From Pelomyxa schiedti (taxonomy: Eukaryota > Protista > Evosea): DNA of 63,766 nt. Below the pieces are notes generated by a model. It made no database searches, was not told the DNA's origin, and was given only the letters and a program-made list of their open reading frames with translations. Where the stretch lies: contig JAHLWZ010000875.1 in the NCBI GenBank assembly GCA_020536535.1, positions 1 through 63,766 of the forward strand, read 5' to 3'. The position numbers and the translations under genes are program-made. Positions within the stretch are counted from its first letter, which is position 1. The number at the start of each line of letters is the position of its first letter. Shown piece after piece: positions 25,394 to 37,364 of this stretch.

Positions 25394-25890
25394 CTAGCTG
25401 AGTGCTCCAGCCACAGAAGCAATAATGATGATAATGGCTGCAATGACACACAGGGCTATCACAATAACAATAATTTTCTTGCGCCGTGCTGCGTTTGCGT
25501 GCCCCTCAGCCTGTTTTTTTTTCCCAGTTAATGGATAGAAAACTGTGTGAGGATAAATGAAGCGAGTATTGAAATACAGTTTGTAGTTCTTCTTTTGCTT
25601 GATGCACGTCTTCTTTTGCGTGTTCTACGTTTTCTCCACCTTGGGCGATTTGTTCACCCTGCTCCCCAACTAATTCATTGACTTGCACAATTACGTCTCG
25701 TAGATCTGCCAGGTCTACCTTGTGTATTAGTAAAAAGCCTTCAACGGAAAAAGCCACACCAAAACACAAACAACAAAAAAGATCCAGTCCCACCTTGGCC
25801 CAACTGCACGAACTCCGCATTTCGTTCTCGTATAATTACGTTGTCTGCCAGCAGTGGCTCTTGCAGTGTCGTCTGCTGTTGTGCCATCAT
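25394..25890 (-). CDS. Short syntaxin-like Qa-SNARE (about 110 aa) with a C-terminal TM anchor
   Basis: DLRDVIVQVNELVGEQGEQI..NVEHAKEDVHQAKEELQT followed by RRKK and a hydrophobic TM segment IIVIVIALCVIAAIIIIASVAGALS*. Confidence 0.8.
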
Positions 25891-26092
25891 CACATCAAAC
25901 CAGCAATTAACTACCAATTTGAAACGGCAATCGAATTGAGGTCGACACGAAAGCTCTCAGCACCGAGCCACATTCTTACCAATTCCGTGGAAATATCCCG
26001 GGGAGGGAGACATTACTTCCCTGCCTGCGATCTAGGGATCTTGTTTTCAGAAAACCCTTCAAAAAAAAAAGTACCCGCTCAAAGGATAGGAC

Positions 26093-27894
26093 ATGTCGGC
26101 TTCAGGTGTGCCGATTTTTAATGTTATACAAACGACAACTCCACGCGATTGGCTACACTTCACATGTTACTGTGAGCCTCGACCAACACTTTTTTTTTTT
26201 AGTGGAGACACCCGAGGCGCGTCGCGAGCGTTTGTTGGGAGTCCTCAAATCTCACCGGGAAGCTGTTCAACAGGTTTTCGCATCTAGACACCGTGTAACA
26301 GTCCAACGAAAAATTACTGGCAGGTTATGCAATTTGAGCAAAACCTGGACAGTGAAACAAAGTCCCTGGATGCTGTGGATGTTGACAGTGTTGAGCACTT
26401 GGCCCAGCACCCAAGTGAGGTTTATGCAGCTTACTCAGAGCTTCAAAAGTTTGCTAGGGGGTATGAGACTTAACTTATTTCGAAAGAAAGCCTTATTCGA
26501 GGAACTTTTAGGTTAAATTTGCAACTACCTGTACCGGAAATTGTTTTTATTGGGCCAGCTGGACACGGCAAGAGTGCTTTGATTGAGGCAATTCTGGGCC
26601 AAGTGTTTACTGGAGGTACCGAGAACATTTGAGCCTATACATAATTCATGCGAAATAGAGGGCGGAACGAAACGTCCAATGACAATACAAGTCGTCAATA
26701 ACCCACAGTGTGTGGTTCCTCGGTGTACACTAAAGAGAGATACCTTCCTTAAAGAATTTAATCATGACGAGGAGGTGCCTATCGAGAGATTGACTGAAGA
26801 GCTCCAGAAACGTAATCAAGTACTTTTCCTTGCTTTTCTTTCTGGGACTACCGATTTACCCTTTTTACTTTCCATAAATACTTATTTTTCTTTTTAGCCC
26901 TCTGAGGTTCCGTTTATACTGCAATGGGAACATTGTTCATGTATTAATTCACTTCTCTTCGATATGCCTGGCTTTATACCTGATCCCTCGGACCCCTCTT
27001 TCTCCAAAATCGAAGAACTTGCTCTGGAAGTAGTAGTCTTTGTACAATAGACAGCATTTTAATTGTATTCCTCTAGTTTATCAAACCATCCCATAGAATG
27101 ATTGTCGTTGTACGACCGTGTGTGGATATCCAGATTCCAGACGCATCAGATTTCGTTATGGATCTCGTCAGGAAATGCGATCCATCCCTCAATAGGACCG
27201 TACTTTTGTACACCAGACTGTTTGCACAACTGCAACAACCAGTAGCCTTATACAAGATTTTTCACTTTACCAATACCTTGTAAGGAATTCCATGCCACAA
27301 GCCGTGTGAATAAATTCTTGTCTGGTTCTGTAGTTGATGCTAGTCATCAGTTCTTTGCTACTCTTCTGTCACGTGGTCTAAGAGCCACACTCACGGAGTC
27401 CTACGATTTTACACTTAAGTTAGCAAAATGCAGCCACCGTGATCTGCTTATACTAGAGCAAAAGCAATTTGATAAGAGGTTTCTTTACTCACATTTTTTT
27501 CCTCCACAACTCAAAACACTTCAGATTTGAGAAGACAATTGGCATTCCCGCCTTCCTTACCTTCCTTCTTGAGCACACGACTAGGACCTACAAGAATGCA
27601 ATTCCCACTATCTTGAAGCGTCTGCGACAAGAGAACATAAACAATTCCAAAAAAATGGCCAAACTTATGGAGGAAGAGAAATGTCTCGCTGTAGAATCTC
27701 TGAGATCAAGTGCTGTTCATTATGTTGTTCAGTTTGTTAAAGTAACCTCGATTGATCTTTTCTTTCCTGACTGCTTTTCATCTTACTTCCTAGACGATAG
27801 AGAGTCTCCTTGAGGGTACAGCAGAAGGTTATCCCACAATACACGGTCAAACTTTGGAGCAAGAGAAGCAACAATGTGGAAGTGTGAATCACTT

Positions 27895-27931
<37 letters not shown>

Positions 27932-29094
27932 TTTTTGAATTAAAATATTACATTCAGTTATTGGCCAATGGGCAGACTCAACCGGTGCCCTTATTGAGGT
28001 ACAACCTAATCTCTGGAATGTTCCCTACTGGGATCATAAGGTGTATGGCGGTCAACAGTTTAATCGACTGCTTTCAGGTTGCGTTTCTCCCCTCTATCTT
28101 TCCCTTAACACATAGAAAAGAGTTCAAGGCAGTTTCTGAGCACTCGCAACTACCAGAAGTTTCTGATGACGAGATTGCCACAGCCACTGGAGTTCCAAAG
28201 CAGACCAACCTGCCAAATTTTGTTTGGGCTGTATGTAATACATGTTTATACCATTCTACTCCTTACCAATACAGGCATGCGATATTGCTAAACAAAAAAC
28301 GCAAGAAGTCTTCATGCCTCTTATTGAGGAACTTCTTCAAAGAGCTTCATTCGTTGTAAAACGACTCCCAGTAATTGCGGCAGCAATAATTTCCATGCAC
28401 GAAAAGAATTCTCCTGGTATACAAGGAAGAAGGTAACAAAAACACTAGTAGCATCTCCTCACTAAACCCTCAACAGTGTTGGGCAGTACCCATTCTTCAC
28501 AAACCATGTCCATGATCTTTTCAACACTTCAGTGGATCACTTTGTAAAAGTTTGTAAGGAGAAATGCATGGACGAATTCTTCTCAACCCACACAATTTAC
28601 TGGGACTTAACACAGTAATTCCGCTTATCATTGTTTTTCCGAAGTCATGATACCACACAGCAACTACAAAACCTTGACGGCCTCAACCGTTACAGAAGTT
28701 GTACCACTAACTCAGCAATTGTTTACGATGTGCAAAGAGAGAATAGCATCAAACGTCATCCTGAAGTGTCATAATTACTTGCTCACCCCCCTATTAACTG
28801 ACTTGTGGGCCGAAATTCATACAAAAGTATCTTCCGTTACCGCTTCTTTTCCGGCACTAAATTGACCCAGGTAAACGCTATACCGTCAGAAGCCCTTCAA
28901 AAGTTATTTGAAGTAGAGCCAGCAAGCAAATCCCTTCAGATCCAGAAGAAGAAGCTGAAAGCGATCATTGATAAGAGCGCATCCAATGGTAGGTCTTCTT
29001 GTCTTCCTACTCCCCTTGTATAACTCCGAAACCAGAGCAAAAATTTGTCGAGTTGTCTTCCCAGTTCACCCACAGCAACAGCGGAAGTAGTTGA
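26093..29094 (+). CDS. Dynamin-like GTPase of the DRP5/ARC5/Dlp clade
   Basis: VYAAYSELQ, PEIVFIGPAGHGKSALIEAILG, GGTKRPMTIQVVNNPQCVVPRC, DMPG, and C-terminal helical stalk exons. Confidence 0.85.
27896..27928. repeat. Poly-T tract (about 33 nt) in a dynamin intron
   Basis: Read directly in the sequence. Confidence 0.9.
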
Positions 29095-29287
29095 CGTGCT
29101 TTTTGGTTTTGCCTTTGTTGGAACCTCAGGCTTCCTCCGCGGGGTTTCACTAATTGATACACTAAGGGTTGATCAAATCAACAGTTTTTTTCCCAAATAC
29201 TTTTTCCCAGAAACTTCTTTTACTAAACAAAAAATAAACCGAGCGAGGGGGGGCCACTAAACATACAGCACCAAAAACCCGGCTCGT

Positions 29288-32049
29288 GTGTCAGTAAAGA
29301 AAAGGGTTGGTTGTGGGAGAAGAGATAACCACAGATCTACAACGCCAAGTCAAACAACAGCATACACACCGGTAACCACGTCGTCGTCTCGAGCTAGACA
29401 AAATCCTCGGCGCAGGTCCGAAGCACGGGCCCGCACGCGCCGTACATCAGATGATGAAGATTTTGTAAATGACGAACCGGAGGAGGATTCTTCTTCCGAG
29501 TCGGATCGCGATGTGCTTCCTACGAAACGCTCGCGCAGGTACCATTAAACTACTGGTTTTATTAGTTTTCACTTCTTTCTGTACTGCGTTTAAACCCTTT
29601 TAATGGCTTGGCGTTTTACCAAAAAAAAAAAAAAAAAAAGACGCAAAGAACCTGCACAAGCTAAACTCGTCTCACAACCTACTGGTGTATTGCATCAAAT
29701 GGCTCAAAGTTTGGGGTTGGCTGTACCTCTTGGTGCGGCACCGTGCAACCTAAATACAGCAGCTTCCCTCAACGGTCCTCCTCCTCCTTCGCCTTCTCCT
29801 CCAACTCCTCAGGGTGGGCTAGCAAATGGATCGCCTTCCACAACAGCAGTTCCAGTAATTTTTTTTTCCTTTCTGCTTTATTTCTTAAAGTTCTTCTTTG
29901 CAGACCACCGAGTCGGCACCTCTGGGTGGCAGCTCTTCCAACACAACCACTTCATCAGCTACACTTCCAAATCCCTCTTTAGTTGAACAGGAGGAGCAAC
30001 TTCCATTCCAGCCGCCAATCAATACTGTCCAACAAGTAAATAACCTATTCTCTTACTTTTACTCACTCCTGAAAAGATACTCAACACTACTGTGGGAAAA
30101 TGTCGTATTTTTGTTGTGACACTTGAGCATATTAAACTGAGTCAAAAACGCATACTTGATCTCCCTCCCCTAGAATGTGCAGTGGTAACATTTTTCTCAT
30201 ACCCCCTTAAATTGGTAACAAATACCCAGAATTTAGAGGCCTTATCTCGGCAACACAAAGAGTTGTACGATGCTATGGCAGTTGAAACTAGCATGCTCTC
30301 ACGTCTTTTTGATGAAATTCTCCTCATTCCTGCTGAGATGCACCACGCTAAAAGACTTCAGATGGTTAACTTCATTATCTTTCCCTTCGTGTAAATTCTT
30401 TTTAGAATCTAAATAAATACATGAAGCAACTTGATTTGTACCAACTCGAGCTGATGCATTACATTAGGCCAGATACAGTTCCTTGGTAGTGTCTATTCTT
30501 AATACACTTTGATCTTACAAATGAAGCCCCGCAGCACTACTCATTACCGACCAGCCTTTTTCCCGATCCATTGTGAAAGGCCAGACTGTTGCACTTGAAG
30601 CTCAACTTCTCTTAGCTTCTTCAATTGGTCTCAAGTATGTTCTTGTTTTTTCACTGAAATTTTTACGTTTTAACAGGAACGTTGGTCCAGTCGATGTTGA
30701 TATAGTGCAACTTCATGGAAGTGCCAAAAAAGGTGTTAAGTCTTCTGGTCCTGCTATTGAAAACGCATCAGAATCCCTTGACTCTGAAGGAAAGGTACAC
30801 AATTAAAACCTAGTCTTGTTCTTATGTAGTAGGTGCGATTTCATCTCCGGTTTCCTGCAGGAACCAACAAAAAACCTGTTACTCTCAGACTCCATGCAAC
30901 AATGTCCTACCATCCACTTAAGTGCCACAATCCAGACCTTGCGGTATTTCTCCAACTTAAAGTATTTCCTGTCTAATTCTATCAACAGCAACCTGGCGTT
31001 AGAGTTATTGAAAGCAATGCCTCGAGGCCTTTCATCATTACCACGAATTCCATTCAATGGCAAGTTTAACAACGAGATTTACACTAACGACATGTAGGCG
31101 AGACTCTGAAGGAATTCTTTTGAAAATGGAGGCTTTTGGGGATGCAACCGAGATTTCGTGGGCAAAATTTGCCAACACACTGCAATCCTACTATTTGGTA
31201 AAGAAGCGCTCACTTATGTCTCGTCACATGTGTACAGGGAGCCACCAGACAAAACCCGGAGCAACCAAACAGACCCCTGACACTCAAAGACTTCGAGTTT
31301 CTCAATGCACTTAAATTCGATAGCAGCACGACAGTGACCCTTCAAGCCTTTGACAACTTTTGGGAGTGGTTCGGCGCTGCCTTGGAAAAGATAAGACACC
31401 AGAAAAACTTGTGTCCTCTCTGGCTTAAAGGGTAGAAGAACTTTACTCCAGAAATAGAATTAACACAAAGAAAAGATATATCTATGGGTTTATCAGCAAG
31501 GTTGACTCAGAGAAACTCCTCTCCTCTTTTGAGGAGGGAAGCTTCTTGATCAGACTCAGTGACAGATTCCCAGGGAAATATGCTTGCGCTTATGTCTATG
31601 ATGTAACGCATTCCTTTATTTCCAAGTGTTCTAATATCTTGTAGGGAACTGTGCATCATTCTCTTATAAAAGACACGGATGTAGCAGGCAATAAAAGAAC
31701 TCTTGTAGACTTTTTGCATGAAATAGATCATGTTCGTACCATCATCCAAGTGAGATGCGATTTCAATGGTCACTTACAACTCAATAAATGTGTTAAGGTA
31801 CCACATCACAATCATTCTTTGTAAACCCAAACCCAAACCCAAAACTAAGACCAAAAACAGAATGATATGCTGCAAGAGTTCCTGTCTGAAAAGCAAGAGT
31901 CCTGCACCCCAGGATATGAAGAATTCCCTCCCCCAGGCATGCGACCTATTCCTAGGGTAGTTCCTCCCGACTCTGCCACCGTAAGCTCTGAGCAGTTGCT
32001 TGCACATGCAGCACTCTTCATTGACCAACACACACAGCAGCACCCATGA
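29288..32049 (+). CDS. STAT: STAT transcription factor (Dictyostelium type) with SH2 domain; start codon uncertain
   Basis: Coiled coil, ITDQPFSRSIVK, RFPAGTNKKPV, SRPFIITTN..QW, EISWAKFANTLQ, GATRQNPEQPNRPL, FWEWFG, YGFISK, GSFLIRLSDRFPG (SH2) and C-terminal pTyr site PGYEE. Confidence 0.92.
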
Positions 32050-32190
32050 GATTTATAGTTTTACACAGTTGCCTAGGGCCAGCCTCTATCACAAGCCAAA
32101 TTTTACAAACAACCGTGCTTTAAGCACAATTTTTGCGCCTTTTCCTTTTTTTTGAAGAAGATTTCCAAAAAGCCTCACCCATAGTGAATG

Positions 32191-34320
32191 TCAAGGTGAG
32201 CACTGTGGTTGTTCCTCCTCGTCGCAGTCAGCGTCAGCTAGCTTCATCAATCTCGTCACGCAGTATTGCCCGCAGCCGCTGCACAACGACTGCAGTGCAC
32301 CATTCATTGTGCCAAAGTGAAGCGATGAAGGAGGCACCACGCACTCGAAGTCCAGGGCAGAGGAGGTCGCCGTCGCGGACACGAGGAGCCCCAGGGTCGA
32401 GTGGCCCGACTGAATCACGAGGAAGTCGCCGGGGCGCGGGGTTTCTGGTGCCCCGGGTCCGTGGGGGGTGGTGGTGCCTGGACATGGCCACTTGGAGGCG
32501 GAGGCGTGGCGCGAGAACACGCGCATCAGGCTGGATATTATGAGCTCGGGGTCTGTCAACCCTACCGCAAGCCGGAACCAGTGCCCAAGATGGTTCGGTA
32601 TGTTGTCTTTTTGGTTGTTGTTGTGTTGTGTGTTGTGTGTTGTTTTAGGTTGGATTTTTGTTTTGGAGGCATACCGGGTTCTAGAAGTAACCTGCTCAAT
32701 TGTCAAGGCGAAAGCTTAGATTAAGAAATGAAACCTGGAAGGGGAATGGGTTGGCCACTCCAGGAGAGTATGAGCTTCCCCATATGACGTGGCATTGTGC
32801 AGCTTGCCGTTGTCAGTGTCTGTGACAATGTTGCGTGCTCTGTTGCAGCTTACGGGCATGTGAAATGAAAATACTCCTGGATAGAGAGTCCTATTTAACG
32901 CTCAGGATTTGAGTCACATTCTGAAGTCGTATTTTGTTATTTTCGGCGCAAACCTGCCAAAATAGCGCTGATAATTATTGTAAGTGGGATGTGAGAGAAG
33001 AGATGAATGCATGACTCTTGTGACACAGGGAAGACGACACAAAAACTGGGCAATCTTTGTGGCTGACAAGGAGGCTCTTTCTACTCTGAGTGGAAGAGTT
33101 TCAATACCCTTGGCTCAGTCAATCAATATATCAAATAGGTTACAATTTCAAACCTTTGAGATAAGCCACGCATTCATTGGGGATGCACAAGAGCCAAAGC
33201 AAAGTCTGTGCGCACGCAGTTTTGGCACATAACATTCCCTTTTTGATTTTGATACAACAGCAACACCAATAACAGAGTCAGCCTTTCCACTCAGGTACTT
33301 TGTTCCGGACTCCACCACTATATCGGCACCAAATCTAAAGAAATTAGCGCAGAGCATCTGGGAAAACAAAAGTGAGGAAGAGAGCACTGTAGTGGCTGAC
33401 AAATGACTGGAGATAGCCATGTGTTGTCAACAGTAATTACTGCACCTGGGAGCTTAGATTTTATCACCGAGAAAACTGCAAGAAAGTCTGGGACTTTCCC
33501 ATTTGGATTCGAGCATGTTTCTAGGAGAACAACAACACCCTTATCAGATTTTGTAGCGCCCCTCCCACTGATATCTGCCGCCACTTCCATAACGCATTGC
33601 GTAGTGTAATCGAGATTTGTGAAATCCACATACTTCGTATGTATACCTTTCAGCAAGTCACTTTAATAGGAAAAGCGAGCGAGAAGAAAAAGAGAAATCA
33701 TCCATAGAACATCACCCCTCTGGCACACCAGCTAGAACCTGCAGCTGGTCCATGAGCGTGTAGACATCGCAATATATCTCTTCGCTGCACATCACCCATC
33801 CGCCGCACTTACACACCGAGCACACCACCGCGCTCAGAGCAGCCATCCCCGAGGCGAAAGCAACACAGCAGGACATCCCGCCACTCACGAGACAGTCATC
33901 ATCCTCAGTCTCAGCATTTGCCGACGCTGAGTCGCTGCAGCCAACACTCTCAAGTGGGATAGTAGTGCCATTGACTCTTTGATTGGTGCTGTTATTGTCA
34001 TTGCATGTCGGCGACGGCTCGGCTGGTGCAGGCGTTACCGTAACGGCGTCGGTTGGCGGCAAAGCCGACGACGGTTCGAAACCGAAACGAGTTGCGCCGT
34101 GTAGAATAGCCACCTGACGTTCCAGGAGATCAATTGTGGGATTGGAATCGCGAGTGTAGACGTGCCGTTGAATCTGTGCGGCAGATTGGGTGGCCGGCGA
34201 CGACCCCGAGTGGTACTGGAAGGTGGAAGAGAGACTTATGGGCGGTGTCACGGCCCCGTGGTAGCCCAGGCCGTCGCGGGAGGAGACAACCATTGCCCTC
34301 TCAAATTGGCGGCTGTTCAT
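32191..34320 (-). CDS. Cys/Met metabolism PLP-dependent lyase (cystathionine gamma-lyase / methionine gamma-lyase family)
   Basis: VTPPISLSSTF, YTRDSNPT, FASGMAAL, LETCSNP, VDNTWLSP, ESGTKYLSG (PLP Lys) and FRLAVGLTD. Confidence 0.88.
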
Positions 34321-34479
34321 GGGCGGGTTGATGGTGGTCTGTTGTTGATGTTTTTACGGGTCACTGTCTTCAGATGAAACGCTTTTTTGGGAACAAAAGC
34401 AAGAAGAAAAAAAAAAATTCGCTCGTTGAGGAGCCACGCGCGGAAAGCCGAAAACGAAAAAGAAAAAGAAAAACCTCAA

Positions 34480-36323
34480 ATGGCTACGACACCGCAAGTT
34501 TTCGCGCTGGTGAGGTGCAAATTTGATGCTACGACTGAAGTCCAACTGTCGATACAACTGGGCGAGACTGTGGAAGTTTGTTTTTTTTTTTCTTCAAAAA
34601 AACCAATATATGTAGTTGTGCTGCATGTGACGTTGCGGAAATTCGTAAAATCCCTATTCGCGGTTTCTAAGGAATATTGCTAGGTTTTGAAAAAGTACCC
34701 GCAAGGGTGGACCTACGGGCGAAATAAGGAGGGAAAAGCTGGTATCTTTCCTAGTAATTACGTTGAAGAGGTCGCTGCACAACCAGTGGTAGCCGCGCAG
34801 CCCACGCCCACGCCAACAGTAGTTGGTCCAGTAAAGTTCAGGTTTGTTTGAAGAAATTTTGGCTAGAGTGGTTACTTTTTCCCTTACCACTTTGTGATAT
34901 TTGCCTTAGAGTTCAAGCTCTCTATGACTATGTGGGTAGTTCACCAACAGAGTTGTCATTTAAAGCTGGAGACGAACTCGACATAATAGCTGACAATTTG
35001 GCTGGGGGTTGGTGGAGGGCTGTCCTGCAAGGGAAAGTGGGTCACATCCCCTCTGGCTTTGTTCAGCGCCTTGCTGACTCGCCCACCCCTGCACCTCCCG
35101 TAATTCCCCCATCTCCTTCTTCTGGCAGCCCAACAACACCAACCTCTACCCCCACACCCACTCCCACGCCAACTCCCACACCCACTCCAACTCCAACTCC
35201 CACACCAACACCAACCCCAACCCCAACTCCCGCTCCCGCTCCCACTTCAACTGTGACCCCGGCCAGCAACGCTGCCCCTGTCGCTGCTCCACCAAGTCAG
35301 ACTCCAAGCCCCGTTCAGAGTAACGCTAATCCTGTCGTTGCTGCCCCAGCTTCAACCCCAGTATCAACACCAACAGCCCCACCAGCTCCTACAATAACTG
35401 AACCCACGATTGCTCAGCCAACATCTTCTCTACCAACACCGTCTGGGTCAGTGGAACCTCCTGCCCCTGAACCATCTCCAGATGGTGAGGTCTACCCATA
35501 CAGAGCTAAAGCGAAGTTCGCGTACACATCAACAAAGGATGCTGAGCTTACATTCAACTGTGATGATGAAATAACCATTGTAAACCCTGGAAGCAATGGA
35601 TGGATTCTTGGCTTGCTCAATGAAAAATATGGATATTTACCTGCTTCCTATGTTGAAAAACTTGGTCTCGAAGTCAGTTGTTTTAATTCTTTAACGTCTT
35701 GAAAGATACCCCAGTAGTGATTGAATCACCGCAGCCAGACAATACTATCACTCCTGTAGCACAGACCGAAGTTAAGCAAACACCTCCTGCCATAAAACAG
35801 CCGGAACAACCCCCACAACAAAATGAAACTCCACAACCCGCGGCTCCAATGCCGACCTCAGTTCCACCACCGGCTCCAGTACTTGACATCGTTCCTCCAG
35901 TTGTTGCAGAGAAGCCAGTTGAAATCACTCCTGTTCCTGCAAGTGCGAGTGCGAGTCCAAGTGCAAGTGCAGTTGTCACACCAAGCCAAACTGCATCTGT
36001 TCAAGTTGTATGTGCTTCTTTGCTGTACGGTTTTTCCATTGATACTTCTTAGGTATTCCCTTACAAAGCAATTGCATTGTATGACTACAGAACCTCGAAG
36101 GCTCACGAACTTGCCTTCTCGAAAGGGGATGAAATTACTATTGTGAAAGCACTGCAAAAGGTATCAAACTTACAAAATACTTCCAAGGCCCACTAACAGT
36201 TAATTAAAGGGATGGCTGTTTGGAACACTCAATGGAGGGCTAGGCGGGTTGGTTCCAGCCAAATTTGTTAAAGAGATAGTCCCATTCGCCAAACTACCAG
36301 CGGAACAGACCCCTGGAATGTAG
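34480..36323 (+). CDS. Adaptor with four SH3 domains and Pro/Thr-rich linkers
   Basis: SH3 motifs GIFPSNYV, ALYDY..ELSFKAGD..GHIPSGFV, AKFAY..GYLPASYV and ALYDY..ELAFSKGD..GLVPAKFV. Confidence 0.92.
35146..35245 (+). repeat. Coding (Pro-Thr)n repeat
   Basis: Degenerate ACN-CCN hexamer array encoding about 15 TP units. Confidence 0.9.
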
Positions 36324-36378
36324 GCTGTTCATTGGTGTTTTCTCATAATAACAATCCCGAATAAAAAGGCCCCATACC

Positions 36379-37207
36379 ATGATGGCTGAGCTTCAGAAAG
36401 ATCAAAACTTTGGATTCCGAGGTTTTTCCCTTGGCCTCTTTACATCACAACCGTCGGCCCTACCTTTCTTGTGCCCAATATGCAAGTGCGTGGCTGAAAA
36501 TCCAGTAACCCATACTGCAACAACCGAGGTTGTCAGCTCAATGCCATTCTCTGCTCTTACATCCGTCCCATAGAATACCGTTTTCTGCCAAAAGTGCATT
36601 GCCAGCTGGTTGGATCGCTACAAGAGCTGCCCCATGTGCTCAAAGACAGTCTCTTTGGCCGAAATGGGCGCTCTACCCCCATCCGCAATGGCCAACTACT
36701 CCGTGTAAGTCCCTCCCACCTCTCCAACAACAAACAAACAACCAACCAACCAACCAACCAATCAATCAATCAATCAATCAACCAACAAACATAACACACA
36801 ATAGGCTGTGCATGCAGTGCGTGAACAGCTCGTACGGGTGCAAGAACATCACCACCCTCTCGCTACACCAGCAGCACGCGGCGACGTGCCCCTTCCACCC
36901 CGTGCACTGCCCACACCCCAACTGCTGGCGCACCTTCACCCGCAGCACCATCGACGAGCACGCCAGGGCGTGCGCCAACCGGCCCGCCCCCGGCGTCGCC
37001 CACTGCAGCGTCCCCGTGTGCGCCTGGAGGGGCAGGCCCGAGGAGCTCCCCGCCCACCTCAAGGAGTCCCAGGCCGACCACATCACCGCACTCTCCAGCG
37101 TCGTAACGACGCTGATGCGAGATCAGGCCGAGACACAGGCAACTGTTAGAAGTCTGCGTGAGACTGTGGCAGTACTTCTGGCTGCTAACAAGACAAATCG
37201 GCCCTGA
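36379..37207 (+). CDS. RING + TRAF-type zinc-finger protein without a MATH domain
   Basis: RING: CPICK..FCQKCIASWL..CPMC. TRAF fingers: CVNSSYGC..HAATCPFHPVHCPHPNC..HARAC. Then HLKES..HI and a short coiled coil before the stop. Confidence 0.85.
36725..36790. repeat. Intronic (CAAC)n/(CAAT)n microsatellite
   Basis: Tetranucleotide tandem array read directly. Confidence 0.9.
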
Positions 37208-37364
37208 TGAAATAGGGGAGTGCCGGACCCTTTCTGGAAAACAAACCAAAAAAAAAAAAGCCAAACAAACGAAAAAAAAACCTAGACATTCACCAATAAG
37301 AGTTTTGTTGAAAAAGTAACAGTTTCATTCCATTCCTTTTCTTTTGCCTTGGGTGTCTTGGAAA

